A DNA stretch of 36,819 nucleotides, taken from positions 1-36,819 of IMG/VR virus record IMGVR_UViG_3300048857_000022. One strand, 5' to 3'. Origin of the DNA: a virus. Lineage: Duplodnaviria; Caudoviricetes. The notes under the pieces are model-generated. The model had not been told where the DNA came from. It was given only the letters and a program-made list of their open reading frames with translations, and did no database searches. Below are positions 1 through 8,261 of this stretch, piece after piece; position 1 is the stretch's first letter; each line of letters starts with the position of its first letter. The position numbers were made by a program, and so were the translations under genes.

Positions 1-18
1 GAGATTTATGGGCTGGTA

Positions 19-381
19 TTAGTGAGTTGAGCTGGGTTTAGGCGGCAGGTCCGGATCGTCGATACAGGCCGCAAAGACTTCCGCTATAGGTATTCGGTAA
101 CGCCTGCCGGATTCCGGATCGACCAGCACAGCGACCAGGCCGGTGCTGCTGTCTACGTCCAGGTAGCGATGCTCGGGCTCGGGCTTGAGTTCGGAATAGG
201 CACGGTCAACCAGGCGCTTAGCCGTGTGCTCCGGCACCTGCAACCGCTCGTTGAGGTGGGTAACGGCGCGCATGAGCAATTGGTCAGTGTTGCCCAGGTG
301 TTCGGCTTGATGGCGGATCAAGAAGGAGAGGGCAGCGGCCTGCATGCTGTCCAGATAGTTTTCAGGGAACTGAATATTCAT
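19..381 (-). CDS. Hypothetical early protein, phiCTX-like
   Basis: 120-aa ORF overlapping the ogr stop, in the early operon. Confidence 0.7.
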   Translation of the reverse strand: MNIQFPENYLDSMQAAALSFLIRHQAEHLGNTDQLLMRAVTHLNERLQVPEHTAKRLVDRAYSELKPEPEHRYLDVDSSTGLVAVLVDPESGRRYRIPIAEVFAACIDDPDLPPKPSSTH

Positions 382-674
382 GGACGCTGCTCCAGACCTG
401 ATTTATCCAGCGAGGCTGGCTTGGTGGAGCCCTGCGGGATCTTGGGCTTGAGTCTCCCGGTCACGGTTGGAGCCATGGGCACTACGTGATAAGGATTCTC
501 CAGCGCAGACGGCCGGATCTGGTGAACGATAGTCTGATGACCTTTGAACGTGGCTCCGCAGTCGAAGTTGGTGCACTCGTACCATACGTTCTTGAAGCAT
601 GGTGCCTCCTCTTCAGTGGTACGCATACGGAGCTTTTCACGGCAGCTAGGGCATTTCATTGCCATTGCTCCCAT
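378..674 (-). CDS. ogr: Ogr/Delta-like zinc-finger late transcription activator
   Basis: CPSC...YECTNFDCGATF C4 zinc-finger motif typical of Ogr/Delta. Confidence 0.9.
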   Translation of the reverse strand: MGAMAMKCPSCREKLRMRTTEEEAPCFKNVWYECTNFDCGATFKGHQTIVHQIRPSALENPYHVVPMAPTVTGRLKPKIPQGSTKPASLDKSGLEQRP

Positions 675-838
675 GGTTTTACAGCTCCCCTATCCTCGGA
701 AGCGGTGGCATTGAGGCCTAATTCTTCAGGTACGGACATCATTCTCGTAAACCTTTGATACTGCAGGGCCTGGCGTTGGTTGGCAGTCGTTACTGCCGCC
801 GTTCAGGCGTTCTGATTGGGTTCATGGGTTCCTCCTTC

Positions 839-1012
839 CTACACTTCATACAGTGCTCGGTTACGGCCTGTGAGCTTTATTGCGGCACGACGCAAGCGAG
901 CCTTAACTAACCATTCCGCCGCCTGGTTTCGGTCGGCTAACCCTTTGCGCTGCTGGACCCGGTCGAGCAGGTCGCACTCGTTGTCTTCATAATCAAAGCT
1001 GGCTTGAGGCAT
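839..1012 (-). CDS. Small hypothetical early protein (57 aa, MPQASFDYEDNECDLLDRVQQRKGLADRNQAAEWLVKARLRR...)
   Basis: Translated by hand (below the ORF-track cutoff). Co-oriented in the early operon. Confidence 0.6.
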   Translation of the reverse strand: MPQASFDYEDNECDLLDRVQQRKGLADRNQAAEWLVKARLRRAAIKLTGRNRALYEV

Positions 1013-1037
1013 TCAAGGTACTCATAAGTGACTGGGT

Positions 1038-1229
1038 TCAAGCTGAGGCCTGGCCTAACATGCTTTGAGGCAGTAAGAGTTCTCTTGCTTCCTGCATAGC
1101 CAACTGTCGGAGCAAGGTGGCTTGATCAAGACCGGTGTAATCCACCAGGGCATTGATCAGGGCCTGCTCGTAGTCGTCGAGGTTTATCGTGGCGCGATTT
1201 TTCCGAATTCGCTTACTGTCCTGGTACAT
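1038..1229 (-). CDS. Small early protein, RHH-like
   Basis: MYQDSKRIRKNRATINLDDYEQALINALVDYTG: strand-helix-helix pattern. Confidence 0.65.
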   Translation of the reverse strand: MYQDSKRIRKNRATINLDDYEQALINALVDYTGLDQATLLRQLAMQEARELLLPQSMLGQASA

Positions 1230-1293
1230 GTCAGAGTCCTACTTAACGTTTCCCGCAACACTGAAAAGCCCTTGCGCAATGCCGGGCATGCCA

Positions 1294-1506
1294 TCAACTC
1301 AAAATCACACCTTCTTTCAAACCCAGTAGAACGGCAGCTCGGTGAGATTCACCACGCGTGCACTTCTTCTGTCCGTTCAAAACGGCATACACAGTGCTGG
1401 GGCTCAGCTTGTTAGCTTTTGCGAACTCCTGCGCAGTAATTCCGAGCCGTCTTAGCCTGGCTTTCGCCTGATTACGGGCTTGCTCGGGGATGTCTGCGTT
1501 CGGCAT
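1294..1506 (-). CDS. Ner/Cro-like HTH DNA-binding protein (BcepMu gp16-type)
   Basis: GITAQEFAKANKLSPSTVYAVLNGQKKCTRGESHRAAVLLGLK. Divergent from the repressor. Start reassigned to ATG at 1506. Confidence 0.85.
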   Translation of the reverse strand: MPNADIPEQARNQAKARLRRLGITAQEFAKANKLSPSTVYAVLNGQKKCTRGESHRAAVLLGLKEGVILS

Positions 1507-1542
1507 AGTGCGAAACCGTGTGATTCTAGTGAATTTACACAG

Positions 1543-1571
1543 AGTTTTTACCGGATTTTCGGTAATGTCAA
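1543..1571 (-). promoter_or_regulatory. Early (lytic) promoter with overlapping operator
   Basis: TTGACA (-35, 1571-1566). The palindrome TTACCG-N6-CGGTAA (1548-1565) fills the spacer. Confidence 0.6.
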
Positions 1572-1588
1572 TAAAAAGGCACGATTTT

Positions 1589-1930
1589 ATGACCATTGGT
1601 TCGCGACTCAGAGCTGAACGGAAACGTTTAGGTATGAGCCAGACCGACTTCGCCAAAGTAGGCGGCGTAGGCAAGAACACTCAGGTGATTTACGAAAAAG
1701 ATGCTGGCAATCCAGATACGGGTTATCTGTCTGCAATTGCAGCTGTAGGCGTGGACGTAATCTTTGTTTTAACAGGTCGATATATTCAGGAGGGTACTCC
1801 TGCACTATCGCATGTTGAGCAGGAGATTCTTTGCAATATCCGTGATTTAGAAGATATTGAAAGGGAAACAGTAAGGCGTATGTTGCACGGCCTTGTCGTA
1901 ACCGCAGATAAGAAAACCAAAGATGACTGA
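1589..1930 (+). CDS. XRE-family HTH phage repressor (no S24 peptidase domain)
   Basis: MTIGSRLRAERKRLGMSQTDFAKVGGVGKNTQVIYEKD HTH_3 motif. Divergent from the Ner-like gene. Confidence 0.9.
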   Translation: MTIGSRLRAERKRLGMSQTDFAKVGGVGKNTQVIYEKDAGNPDTGYLSAIAAVGVDVIFVLTGRYIQEGTPALSHVEQEILCNIRDLEDIERETVRRMLHGLVVTADKKTKDD

Positions 1931-2051
1931 TAGATCTTTTAATAGCCCAGCTATGAAGCTTGGCTTTTATGTCTACAGGATCTGCATTAAATCCGTTATG
2001 CTTGTACATCAGTCAAACAACTCCATTTGTAGATCCTGTCACACAAAAGCA

Positions 2052-2099
2052 CTGTATAACTAACCAGTGCCAGACGAATGGTAGTGTATATAGATACAG
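2052..2099. promoter_or_regulatory. LexA (SOS) boxes
   Basis: CTGTATAACTAACCAG (2052-2067) fits CTG-N10-CAG. GTGTATATAGATACAG (2084-2099) has one mismatch. Confidence 0.65.
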
Positions 2100-2220
2100 C
2101 TCGCAATACTGTATAAGCCCCCATTCGCGATTAGCGAGCTATAAACCTGGCTGATCAGTAGACAAAAAGCGTGACGGAGTTGATAAAATTTAGCTTTATC
2201 AGCTCACAAAAGGATGTGTC

Positions 2221-2874
2221 ATGCTGGAAGCGCTAGTCATCGCCTTCTTTATCGTGGCGGGATCGGGTATCTCTGGAATGATTTACCCTCCATCGATAGG
2301 ACTTAAAAACAAAAGCCGCAAGCAGATACTTGGGCTTAGCGTAGTCTGTCTTCTCCCTGTGCTCTTAGGCCTTGCTTCACTCATCGGGTCGAAGTCAACA
2401 GGCTCGCCAAATTTCCTTCAAGGCCTACTTTTAGTCGTTACCGGCCTTTATGCATGTTGGTGGCCTTTTGTCTCATTGGTAATGCTGGTTAGAAAGCATT
2501 ACCAATTAAGGAAACAAGCACCTTCTGCTTTGAAGCCACGTTTACCTTCCGAAGACCTTCTCCAAAAAGCCCCTGCGCCTAAGCCAGAAAAAAAGATACA
2601 GCCAGCCCCTATTAAGCCTCTTAAAGAGCCAACCCGAGCTATACGCACCGGTTGGAAACTGGGTCTTATAGAGTTCACTTATGAGGATTCAGAAGGAGCT
2701 ATCACTAGCCGCAAGGTAACAGTTCACTCGGTTACGCATACGTACTTAAAAGGTAAGTGTCATGCACGTAAAGCCGAGCGCACTTTCCGCTTGGATCGTA
2801 TAGTTGGGGATATTATTGACCTTGAAACAGGTGAGCTTATTAGGCCTTGGGAGCTTGCCCATCGGTATGCTTAA
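2221..2874 (+). CDS. Membrane-anchored WYL-domain protein
   Basis: About three N-terminal hydrophobic segments, a Pro/Lys linker, and C-terminal IEFTYEDSEGAITSRKV...YLKGKCHARKAERTFRLDRI (WYL signature). Confidence 0.8.
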   Translation: MLEALVIAFFIVAGSGISGMIYPPSIGLKNKSRKQILGLSVVCLLPVLLGLASLIGSKSTGSPNFLQGLLLVVTGLYACWWPFVSLVMLVRKHYQLRKQAPSALKPRLPSEDLLQKAPAPKPEKKIQPAPIKPLKEPTRAIRTGWKLGLIEFTYEDSEGAITSRKVTVHSVTHTYLKGKCHARKAERTFRLDRIVGDIIDLETGELIRPWELAHRYA

Positions 2875-4151
2875 TCGGCTTTAATAATGTTTGCTTCCTG
2901 CATCTTCTTCCACTCCCGCTCTACAGCACGCTTTGCCGTGTGCTTGTTGGCGTATAGGTAGTGCAGCCGCTTGGGCTTGGTCTGGTCTCCTGCAGTAACC
3001 GCAACCTCTTTGCCCGTCTTCTTGTCCCGGTAGTATGCGACTACGCCGGTATAGTCGCCCTGAACATCCTCAAACAGATCTGATACCAGGTCCTCTGGAA
3101 GTTTGGCCTCCAGATCCAGGCGCGTGGTGTAGCCACCGTCTGCGGTGAGGCTGTGCTGGACGTTGCCGCCGTGCCAGATGATCGCGTCGATCTCGGCCTT
3201 AACTCCAACCAGGGTATAGCTGAGTTCGGGAATCAGATCCGGACGGCCCAGGGCCAGCTGGTAGGTGAGGGTAGCGGTCCCGCGCTGCAGACGATTCCAC
3301 TCCGCACGCGCTGCACGTAGAGCACTGGCCTGATCGCTGTAGGTATGCCGCAGGTCCTTGAGGTTGTTTCCGCCTCCGGCAATAGCGTGCTGTTTCTTTG
3401 CGCTGTTCACATCGTAGTAATAGGCCCTCACACCTTCGTAGCTTTCCCGATCCGCCTGCAGGTAGCTGTGCTGGTCGCCATCCTCGCGGGTGAGGGTGAT
3501 ATGGCCCAGATCCGCGCCGCTGGCTGTCTTGCCTTTGCCCTGCTGGATAAAGATCAGCCGGCCCGCTTTGACAGTGGCTACCGCGTCGTGGTCTTCACCC
3601 AGGCGAGTGAGCAGGTTGGCGTCAGACTCGCCGGTCTGGTCCAGCTGCAGCACCGGAAGCGTGTCGAGTTCCTTGGCAATGACTGGCGTCAGGCCTTGTC
3701 GAGTGGCAATAGTGCGCAGGATCGTCCCGAGGGTAGTGCTGGTGTAGCCGGCGTCTCGTTTCGCTTTCAGCGTCTTGCGTAGGTCCGCACTGCGGGCACG
3801 AATGCTCAGTATATCCGGTGCGCCGCTATGCTCGGTCTCGTCCACCACATAAGTGCCTTTGTCGACCAGGCCAGTAGTATTCCAGCCGAGCCATAAACGC
3901 ACCTTGGCGCCGCGAGGTGGGATAGCGAGCAAGCCATCGTGATCACTCAAGACAATGCTGAGCTGATCGGCTTCCAGGCCTCGGTTATCGGTGAGGTCCA
4001 GGCTAATCAGACGCGGGGCTATCAGGTTGCTGATGTCCGTCCCGTCCACGGTGAGCTTGTAGGTAGCGACTGGGTAACCAGCACCGTTCACCTCCTGGTC
4101 ATACAGCTTGCGCAGCTGGCAGGTGGCCTGGTTGAGGGCTTCGCGGATCAT
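2871..4151 (-). CDS. D: Baseplate hub / late control protein D
   Basis: RLISLDLTDNRGLEADQLSIVLSDHDG, DQTGESDANLLTRL; P2 gene order. Confidence 0.92.
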   Translation of the reverse strand: MIREALNQATCQLRKLYDQEVNGAGYPVATYKLTVDGTDISNLIAPRLISLDLTDNRGLEADQLSIVLSDHDGLLAIPPRGAKVRLWLGWNTTGLVDKGTYVVDETEHSGAPDILSIRARSADLRKTLKAKRDAGYTSTTLGTILRTIATRQGLTPVIAKELDTLPVLQLDQTGESDANLLTRLGEDHDAVATVKAGRLIFIQQGKGKTASGADLGHITLTREDGDQHSYLQADRESYEGVRAYYYDVNSAKKQHAIAGGGNNLKDLRHTYSDQASALRAARAEWNRLQRGTATLTYQLALGRPDLIPELSYTLVGVKAEIDAIIWHGGNVQHSLTADGGYTTRLDLEAKLPEDLVSDLFEDVQGDYTGVVAYYRDKKTGKEVAVTAGDQTKPKRLHYLYANKHTAKRAVEREWKKMQEANIIKAD

Positions 4152-4588
4152 AGGATGCTCCGCAGGATGCCATTGGCCGAAGCAATGCCGGCACCGAGCA
4201 GGTCGGTGCGGCTGTCGTCAATGCGCTTGAGCGAGAGGGTAAATTCAATCCGCCGAGCTGCACCGTCACGAAAGAAGATCGTTCTGGTTTCACTGATGCT
4301 TTCGATGACCCAAAGCCCCATGATTCGACCCGTACCTTCGATCATGGGCCAGGCCGAGCCGGACTCGGCCATGTAGCGCAGCACGTCAAGGCTGGCAGCA
4401 GTGCCGGTAAGCTCGGGCGCAAGCCAGCCGGGCAAGGTGATGCTGTCATCACCACGGCCCACAAACTGACGCGCCGGCGGGGCACCGACGCGCGAGCTGC
4501 TCGCGTGTCGGTATTCGGTTTGCCGCTGCAGCTCCTGGTAGGCGAGGGTGGAGAGGCTAAAGATAAAACGTCCTAGGGCCATCATCAT
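4148..4588 (-). CDS. U: Tail protein GpU
   Basis: MMMALGRFIFSLSTLAYQELQR...GAARRIEFTLSLKR. Confidence 0.92.
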   Translation of the reverse strand: MMMALGRFIFSLSTLAYQELQRQTEYRHASSSRVGAPPARQFVGRGDDSITLPGWLAPELTGTAASLDVLRYMAESGSAWPMIEGTGRIMGLWVIESISETRTIFFRDGAARRIEFTLSLKRIDDSRTDLLGAGIASANGILRSIL

Positions 4589-4594
4589 GGCGGG

Positions 4595-7165
4595 TTACTC
4601 CTGGTCTCGCAGGCTGCTGCGGCCGCGGGCGGATTGTTCAGACTTGGCCCTGGCCAGCTCGGCGCGTACCGCCTTGGCAATCGCCTGAGCGTCCATGCCT
4701 GGAGCGGCATTGATCGTAAAGTGATAGGTGTCGCCTGCCACCGGTGCCGGCGCAGCACGCTGCGAAACCGGCGGCCTATCATCAAAGGTGATGCCCGCCA
4801 TAGCTGGAGTGGCTGTGGTACTCACGCCAACGGCTACTGCACCGGCAGCGGTTAGGCGCTTGGCAGTATTCGCCATTTGCGATAGGGGGCCGTCTTCGCC
4901 CTTGGCTATCCCTACAGCTAGCCCTTGCATCGTGAAGTCGCCCAACTGGGCAAATACGCGGCTGGGCGAGTGGATCCCCGTCTTCTCCTTGAACCATTCA
5001 GCGGCGTTACCGGCCACTCTAAAAACCGAGTCCTTGAGCGCTCCCAACTGGCCGGTCATGCCGTTGATTAGGCCATCGATGATCATGCCGCCAAAGCCGG
5101 TAAACTTGGCCGGTAGCTCAATGCCCAGGTAGTTCAGAATGCCTGACCATGCGCTGTACATAAGCCCAAGCGGGCTAAAGTTGGCCAGAAGACCGGCAAC
5201 GCCTGCGATGCCATTGGAAAAGCCACTTTTGATCTCCTGCCAGAGCGAGGCAAACCAGGGGCCGACTGTTCCCCAATGCTGGTAGATCAGCGTGGCGGCA
5301 AGGGCAATGCCGGTAATAAGGGCCAGGATCGGGTTGGCCATGGCAGCCGCTGTCACCAGGCGGATCCCGGTGGCCACCAGGGGCAGGGCGGACCTGGCCA
5401 ACTGGAACAGGGTGCCGATCAGACTAAAGCCCTTGAAACCCAGCAAGCCCATGCCATAGCGCAGCAGCGCAAACGGGCCAAGCACACTGGCAATGGCCAG
5501 GGTGAGAGTGCCCATGCCGGCAGTAATGACGGCGATCACAGCTGCGCCTTTGACCAGGTTATTGGTCAGCTCCGGATTAGCCACGGTCCAGGCCTTGATC
5601 TTGCTGATCACGCCGGTGAGATTTTGAATAAGATTACGTAAGGGGGCGTCCTGGCCTTCTTCCATTTGAATGCCCAGGTCTTGCCAGGCGCTGCTCAACC
5701 CATCGAGATCGCCGCGCATGTTGTCGCCCATGACCTTGGCGATTTTGCTAGCCTGGCCACCAGAGGCCTTGAGTTCTTTGATAAATTTCTGCAGCTCGCC
5801 GTTACCAGCCTGTTCGACTAACACCTGAAATCCGGCGACCGCCTCTTCCCCGGCAATGTCCTTGAACAGGCCCGCGACCTTGGCATTACCCATGCCTTTA
5901 GTCTTTTTACTGAGGTCGGTCAGGATATCCGGCAGCGATCGCAGGTTGCCCTTGGCGTCCTTGGCTTTGACGCCCAGCTGGTCGAGTGCCTTGCCGGCGG
6001 CCTTGGACGGTGCGGCCAGGCGGGAGAGAATGCCGCGCAGGGCGGTACCGCCCATGCTGCCCTGAATACCGGCATCACCCAGCTTGCCGGCCATGGCGGC
6101 CACCTCTTCCAGCGGCTGGTTTAGCGAGGCGGCGACCGGGGCGACGTATTTCATCGTCTCGCCCAGCGTCTGCAGGGTAGTGTTGGACTGGCTAAAGGTG
6201 CCGGCCAGGACATCCCCCAGTCGGCCCATATCCTTGGCCTGTAGCTTAAAGCCGGTCAGGATGTTGGAAGCGATATCGGCCGTATCAGCCAGATCTGATT
6301 TTCCAGCCTTGGCAAGATCCAGCATGCCGGGCATGGCATCCTGAATGGCCTTGGGCTTGAAGCCAGCCATGGCCAGATACCCTTGCGCATCGGCGGCCTG
6401 GCCGGCACTAAACTGGGTTGAGGCACCCAGGTCCCTAGCCTGTTTGCGCAGTGCCTTATAGTCGTCTGAGTTCTTGTCTATACGGGCCAACGCCTGAACC
6501 CGGCTCATGCTGGCATCAAATTCCAGGCCTGGAGCCAGGAGCTTGCTGCCGGCATAGAGGATGCCGCTACCACCGGCCAGCATCCCGGCACCGGATCCGG
6601 CCATTGAACCGGCTACGCCCTTGGTCTTTTCATAGGACTGCTTCATCTGGCCCAGCCGCTCCTGCTGCGCAGCGACCAATTTCATCCGTTCCTGTTGGCG
6701 TTTGTAGGCCTGGGTGGTGGCTTCGATCTTGCTCTTGAGCTGGCTTTCGCTGCCGGCCAGGTTGCGGGTATCGACGCCGGCTTCGCGTAGTTTGGGAATC
6801 AGCCGCTGCAGCTCGGCGCGCTGCTCGGTGTGCTTGTTCTTCAGCCGCTCGACTGCCGCGCTGGCATTGATAAAGGTGCGCTGAAAGGCGGCCGAGGGTG
6901 CGTCTGTTGCCTTGAGCTGCTCCTGGTACTGCCTGAGCTTTTGCTGGGCGCGAGCGAGTTCTTCGCCGGTCTGCCGCACGGCATCATGCTGCTTGCGATA
7001 GTTGCCGATATCGGACTGCTGAGCGTTCAGGGCTTTAACCTGGTCGCGGGCGGCTTTCAGCGCTTTAGCCGTGCTGTTACTGCCGGCCATGATGCGCTTC
7101 ATAGGCGCGGTCACTTTGTCGAGTGCCGACAGCAGCACTCGGATCTGTAGGCTATTAGCTGCCAT
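4595..7165 (-). CDS. T: Tail tape measure protein
   Basis: 856 aa, Ala/Gly-rich, TP901-type core (GASTQFSAGQAADAQGYLAMAGF). Confidence 0.95.
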   Translation of the reverse strand: MAANSLQIRVLLSALDKVTAPMKRIMAGSNSTAKALKAARDQVKALNAQQSDIGNYRKQHDAVRQTGEELARAQQKLRQYQEQLKATDAPSAAFQRTFINASAAVERLKNKHTEQRAELQRLIPKLREAGVDTRNLAGSESQLKSKIEATTQAYKRQQERMKLVAAQQERLGQMKQSYEKTKGVAGSMAGSGAGMLAGGSGILYAGSKLLAPGLEFDASMSRVQALARIDKNSDDYKALRKQARDLGASTQFSAGQAADAQGYLAMAGFKPKAIQDAMPGMLDLAKAGKSDLADTADIASNILTGFKLQAKDMGRLGDVLAGTFSQSNTTLQTLGETMKYVAPVAASLNQPLEEVAAMAGKLGDAGIQGSMGGTALRGILSRLAAPSKAAGKALDQLGVKAKDAKGNLRSLPDILTDLSKKTKGMGNAKVAGLFKDIAGEEAVAGFQVLVEQAGNGELQKFIKELKASGGQASKIAKVMGDNMRGDLDGLSSAWQDLGIQMEEGQDAPLRNLIQNLTGVISKIKAWTVANPELTNNLVKGAAVIAVITAGMGTLTLAIASVLGPFALLRYGMGLLGFKGFSLIGTLFQLARSALPLVATGIRLVTAAAMANPILALITGIALAATLIYQHWGTVGPWFASLWQEIKSGFSNGIAGVAGLLANFSPLGLMYSAWSGILNYLGIELPAKFTGFGGMIIDGLINGMTGQLGALKDSVFRVAGNAAEWFKEKTGIHSPSRVFAQLGDFTMQGLAVGIAKGEDGPLSQMANTAKRLTAAGAVAVGVSTTATPAMAGITFDDRPPVSQRAAPAPVAGDTYHFTINAAPGMDAQAIAKAVRAELARAKSEQSARGRSSLRDQE

Positions 7166-7274
7166 CGGGGTTTACTCGCTTACGGGCGCGTTCACGCCAG
7201 TCCATTAGTTCAGCCAGGCCCAACTCATCCAGTTGGGCGGGCTGCCAGTGAAAGGTGATAGCCAGATCCGCCAT
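7155..7274 (-). CDS. E': GpE' (C-terminal part of the -1 frameshift product gpE+E')
   Basis: MADLAITFHWQPAQLDELGLAELMDWRERARKR. Frame stays open back to the slippery TTTTTTG at 7325-7331. Confidence 0.85.
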   Translation of the reverse strand: MADLAITFHWQPAQLDELGLAELMDWRERARKRVNPDGS

Positions 7275-7282
7275 CGCATCTT

Positions 7283-7618
7283 CTACGTGGCGGGGGAGAG
7301 TTCCGCCTTGATGGACTTCTTCAGCAAAAAACTGCCGATCTTGCCTCCCACTTCCACCAGGTCGGCTGGATCCATTGCGCGGGCTTCAGCTTCGGTAATC
7401 GAGGGCAGGCTAATGCGCGGGACCACTTTGATGATCGCGGTTACATCCAGGTTTAAAAGGTCGGAAAGGGATACGCCACGCAACTCGCCGGCGCTGGGCT
7501 TACGCAGGGTGAACTGGTCAATGACCTGGGCACCGCGTCTGATGGGCTCATCCAGCATGATGACATTCTGGTCCATTTCAGGGGCGGTAATAGCCTGGTC
7601 TTGGGTTGGGGTAGTCAT
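7283..7618 (-). CDS. E: Tail assembly chaperone GpE
   Basis: TLRKPSAGELRGVSLSDLL...MDPADL; lies between tube and tape measure. Confidence 0.9.
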   Translation of the reverse strand: MTTPTQDQAITAPEMDQNVIMLDEPIRRGAQVIDQFTLRKPSAGELRGVSLSDLLNLDVTAIIKVVPRISLPSITEAEARAMDPADLVEVGGKIGSFLLKKSIKAELSPAT

Positions 7619-7696
7619 AAGGTAAAGCTCCTAGCAGAGTGCCCGCCAAAACGGGCAAATGTGGCATTTAGAAATTTCTAAATCGAAAAAATAGGC

Positions 7697-8212
7697 TTAC
7701 ATACCCAGCGCTTTGCGCTGGCTTTCCAGACGATCCACGCCGCCGACCTTCTCGATGAAATTGAGCAGATCGATCTCGATCACGACTTCGCCGTCTACGG
7801 TCAGCTTGTAGTAGGTGCAGGTGGTGGTGATCTTGTGTTCGGTGTCTTCACCTGGGGAGGCATCGCCCATCTCGATGGTCTCGTGGCGGCCACGCACCAC
7901 GATCTCGACGGAGGCACTGGTATCGGTGTCGTCCTGCTGGAAGGCACCGGCAAAGCGCAGCATGACGCCGCTGGCTTTGGTAATGCCAAACTGCTTGAGC
8001 ACGGTCACATCCAAGCCGCCGAGCGTCCATTCAAGCTGGATACCATCGTCGCTCAGGCCGAAGTCGACCTTGACGGGGCCGTTCATGCCGCCGCCTCGGT
8101 AGCTTTCCATCTTGCGGCCAAGCTGGGGCAGGGTGACTGCCTTGGCTTCGCCGAGGTAGTTGTAACCCTCGTTAAAGAGGTTCATGTTTTTCAGTTTGCG
8201 GGGCAGGGCCAT
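7697..8212 (-). CDS. FII: Major tail tube protein FII
   Basis: MALPRKLKNMNLFNEG...YRGGGMNGPV. Confidence 0.95.
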   Translation of the reverse strand: MALPRKLKNMNLFNEGYNYLGEAKAVTLPQLGRKMESYRGGGMNGPVKVDFGLSDDGIQLEWTLGGLDVTVLKQFGITKASGVMLRFAGAFQQDDTDTSASVEIVVRGRHETIEMGDASPGEDTEHKITTTCTYYKLTVDGEVVIEIDLLNFIEKVGGVDRLESQRKALGM

Positions 8213-8261
8213 AGCGGCAGCTCTCCTGGGGCGCGCCTTGAAACGCGCTTATGCAAAGGGG

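Noticed and set aside
790-825. 11-codon ORF MNPIRTPERRQ with a strong RBS upstream of ogr
   Set aside because: Too short to support. It could be a leader peptide or remnant, but there is no further evidence.
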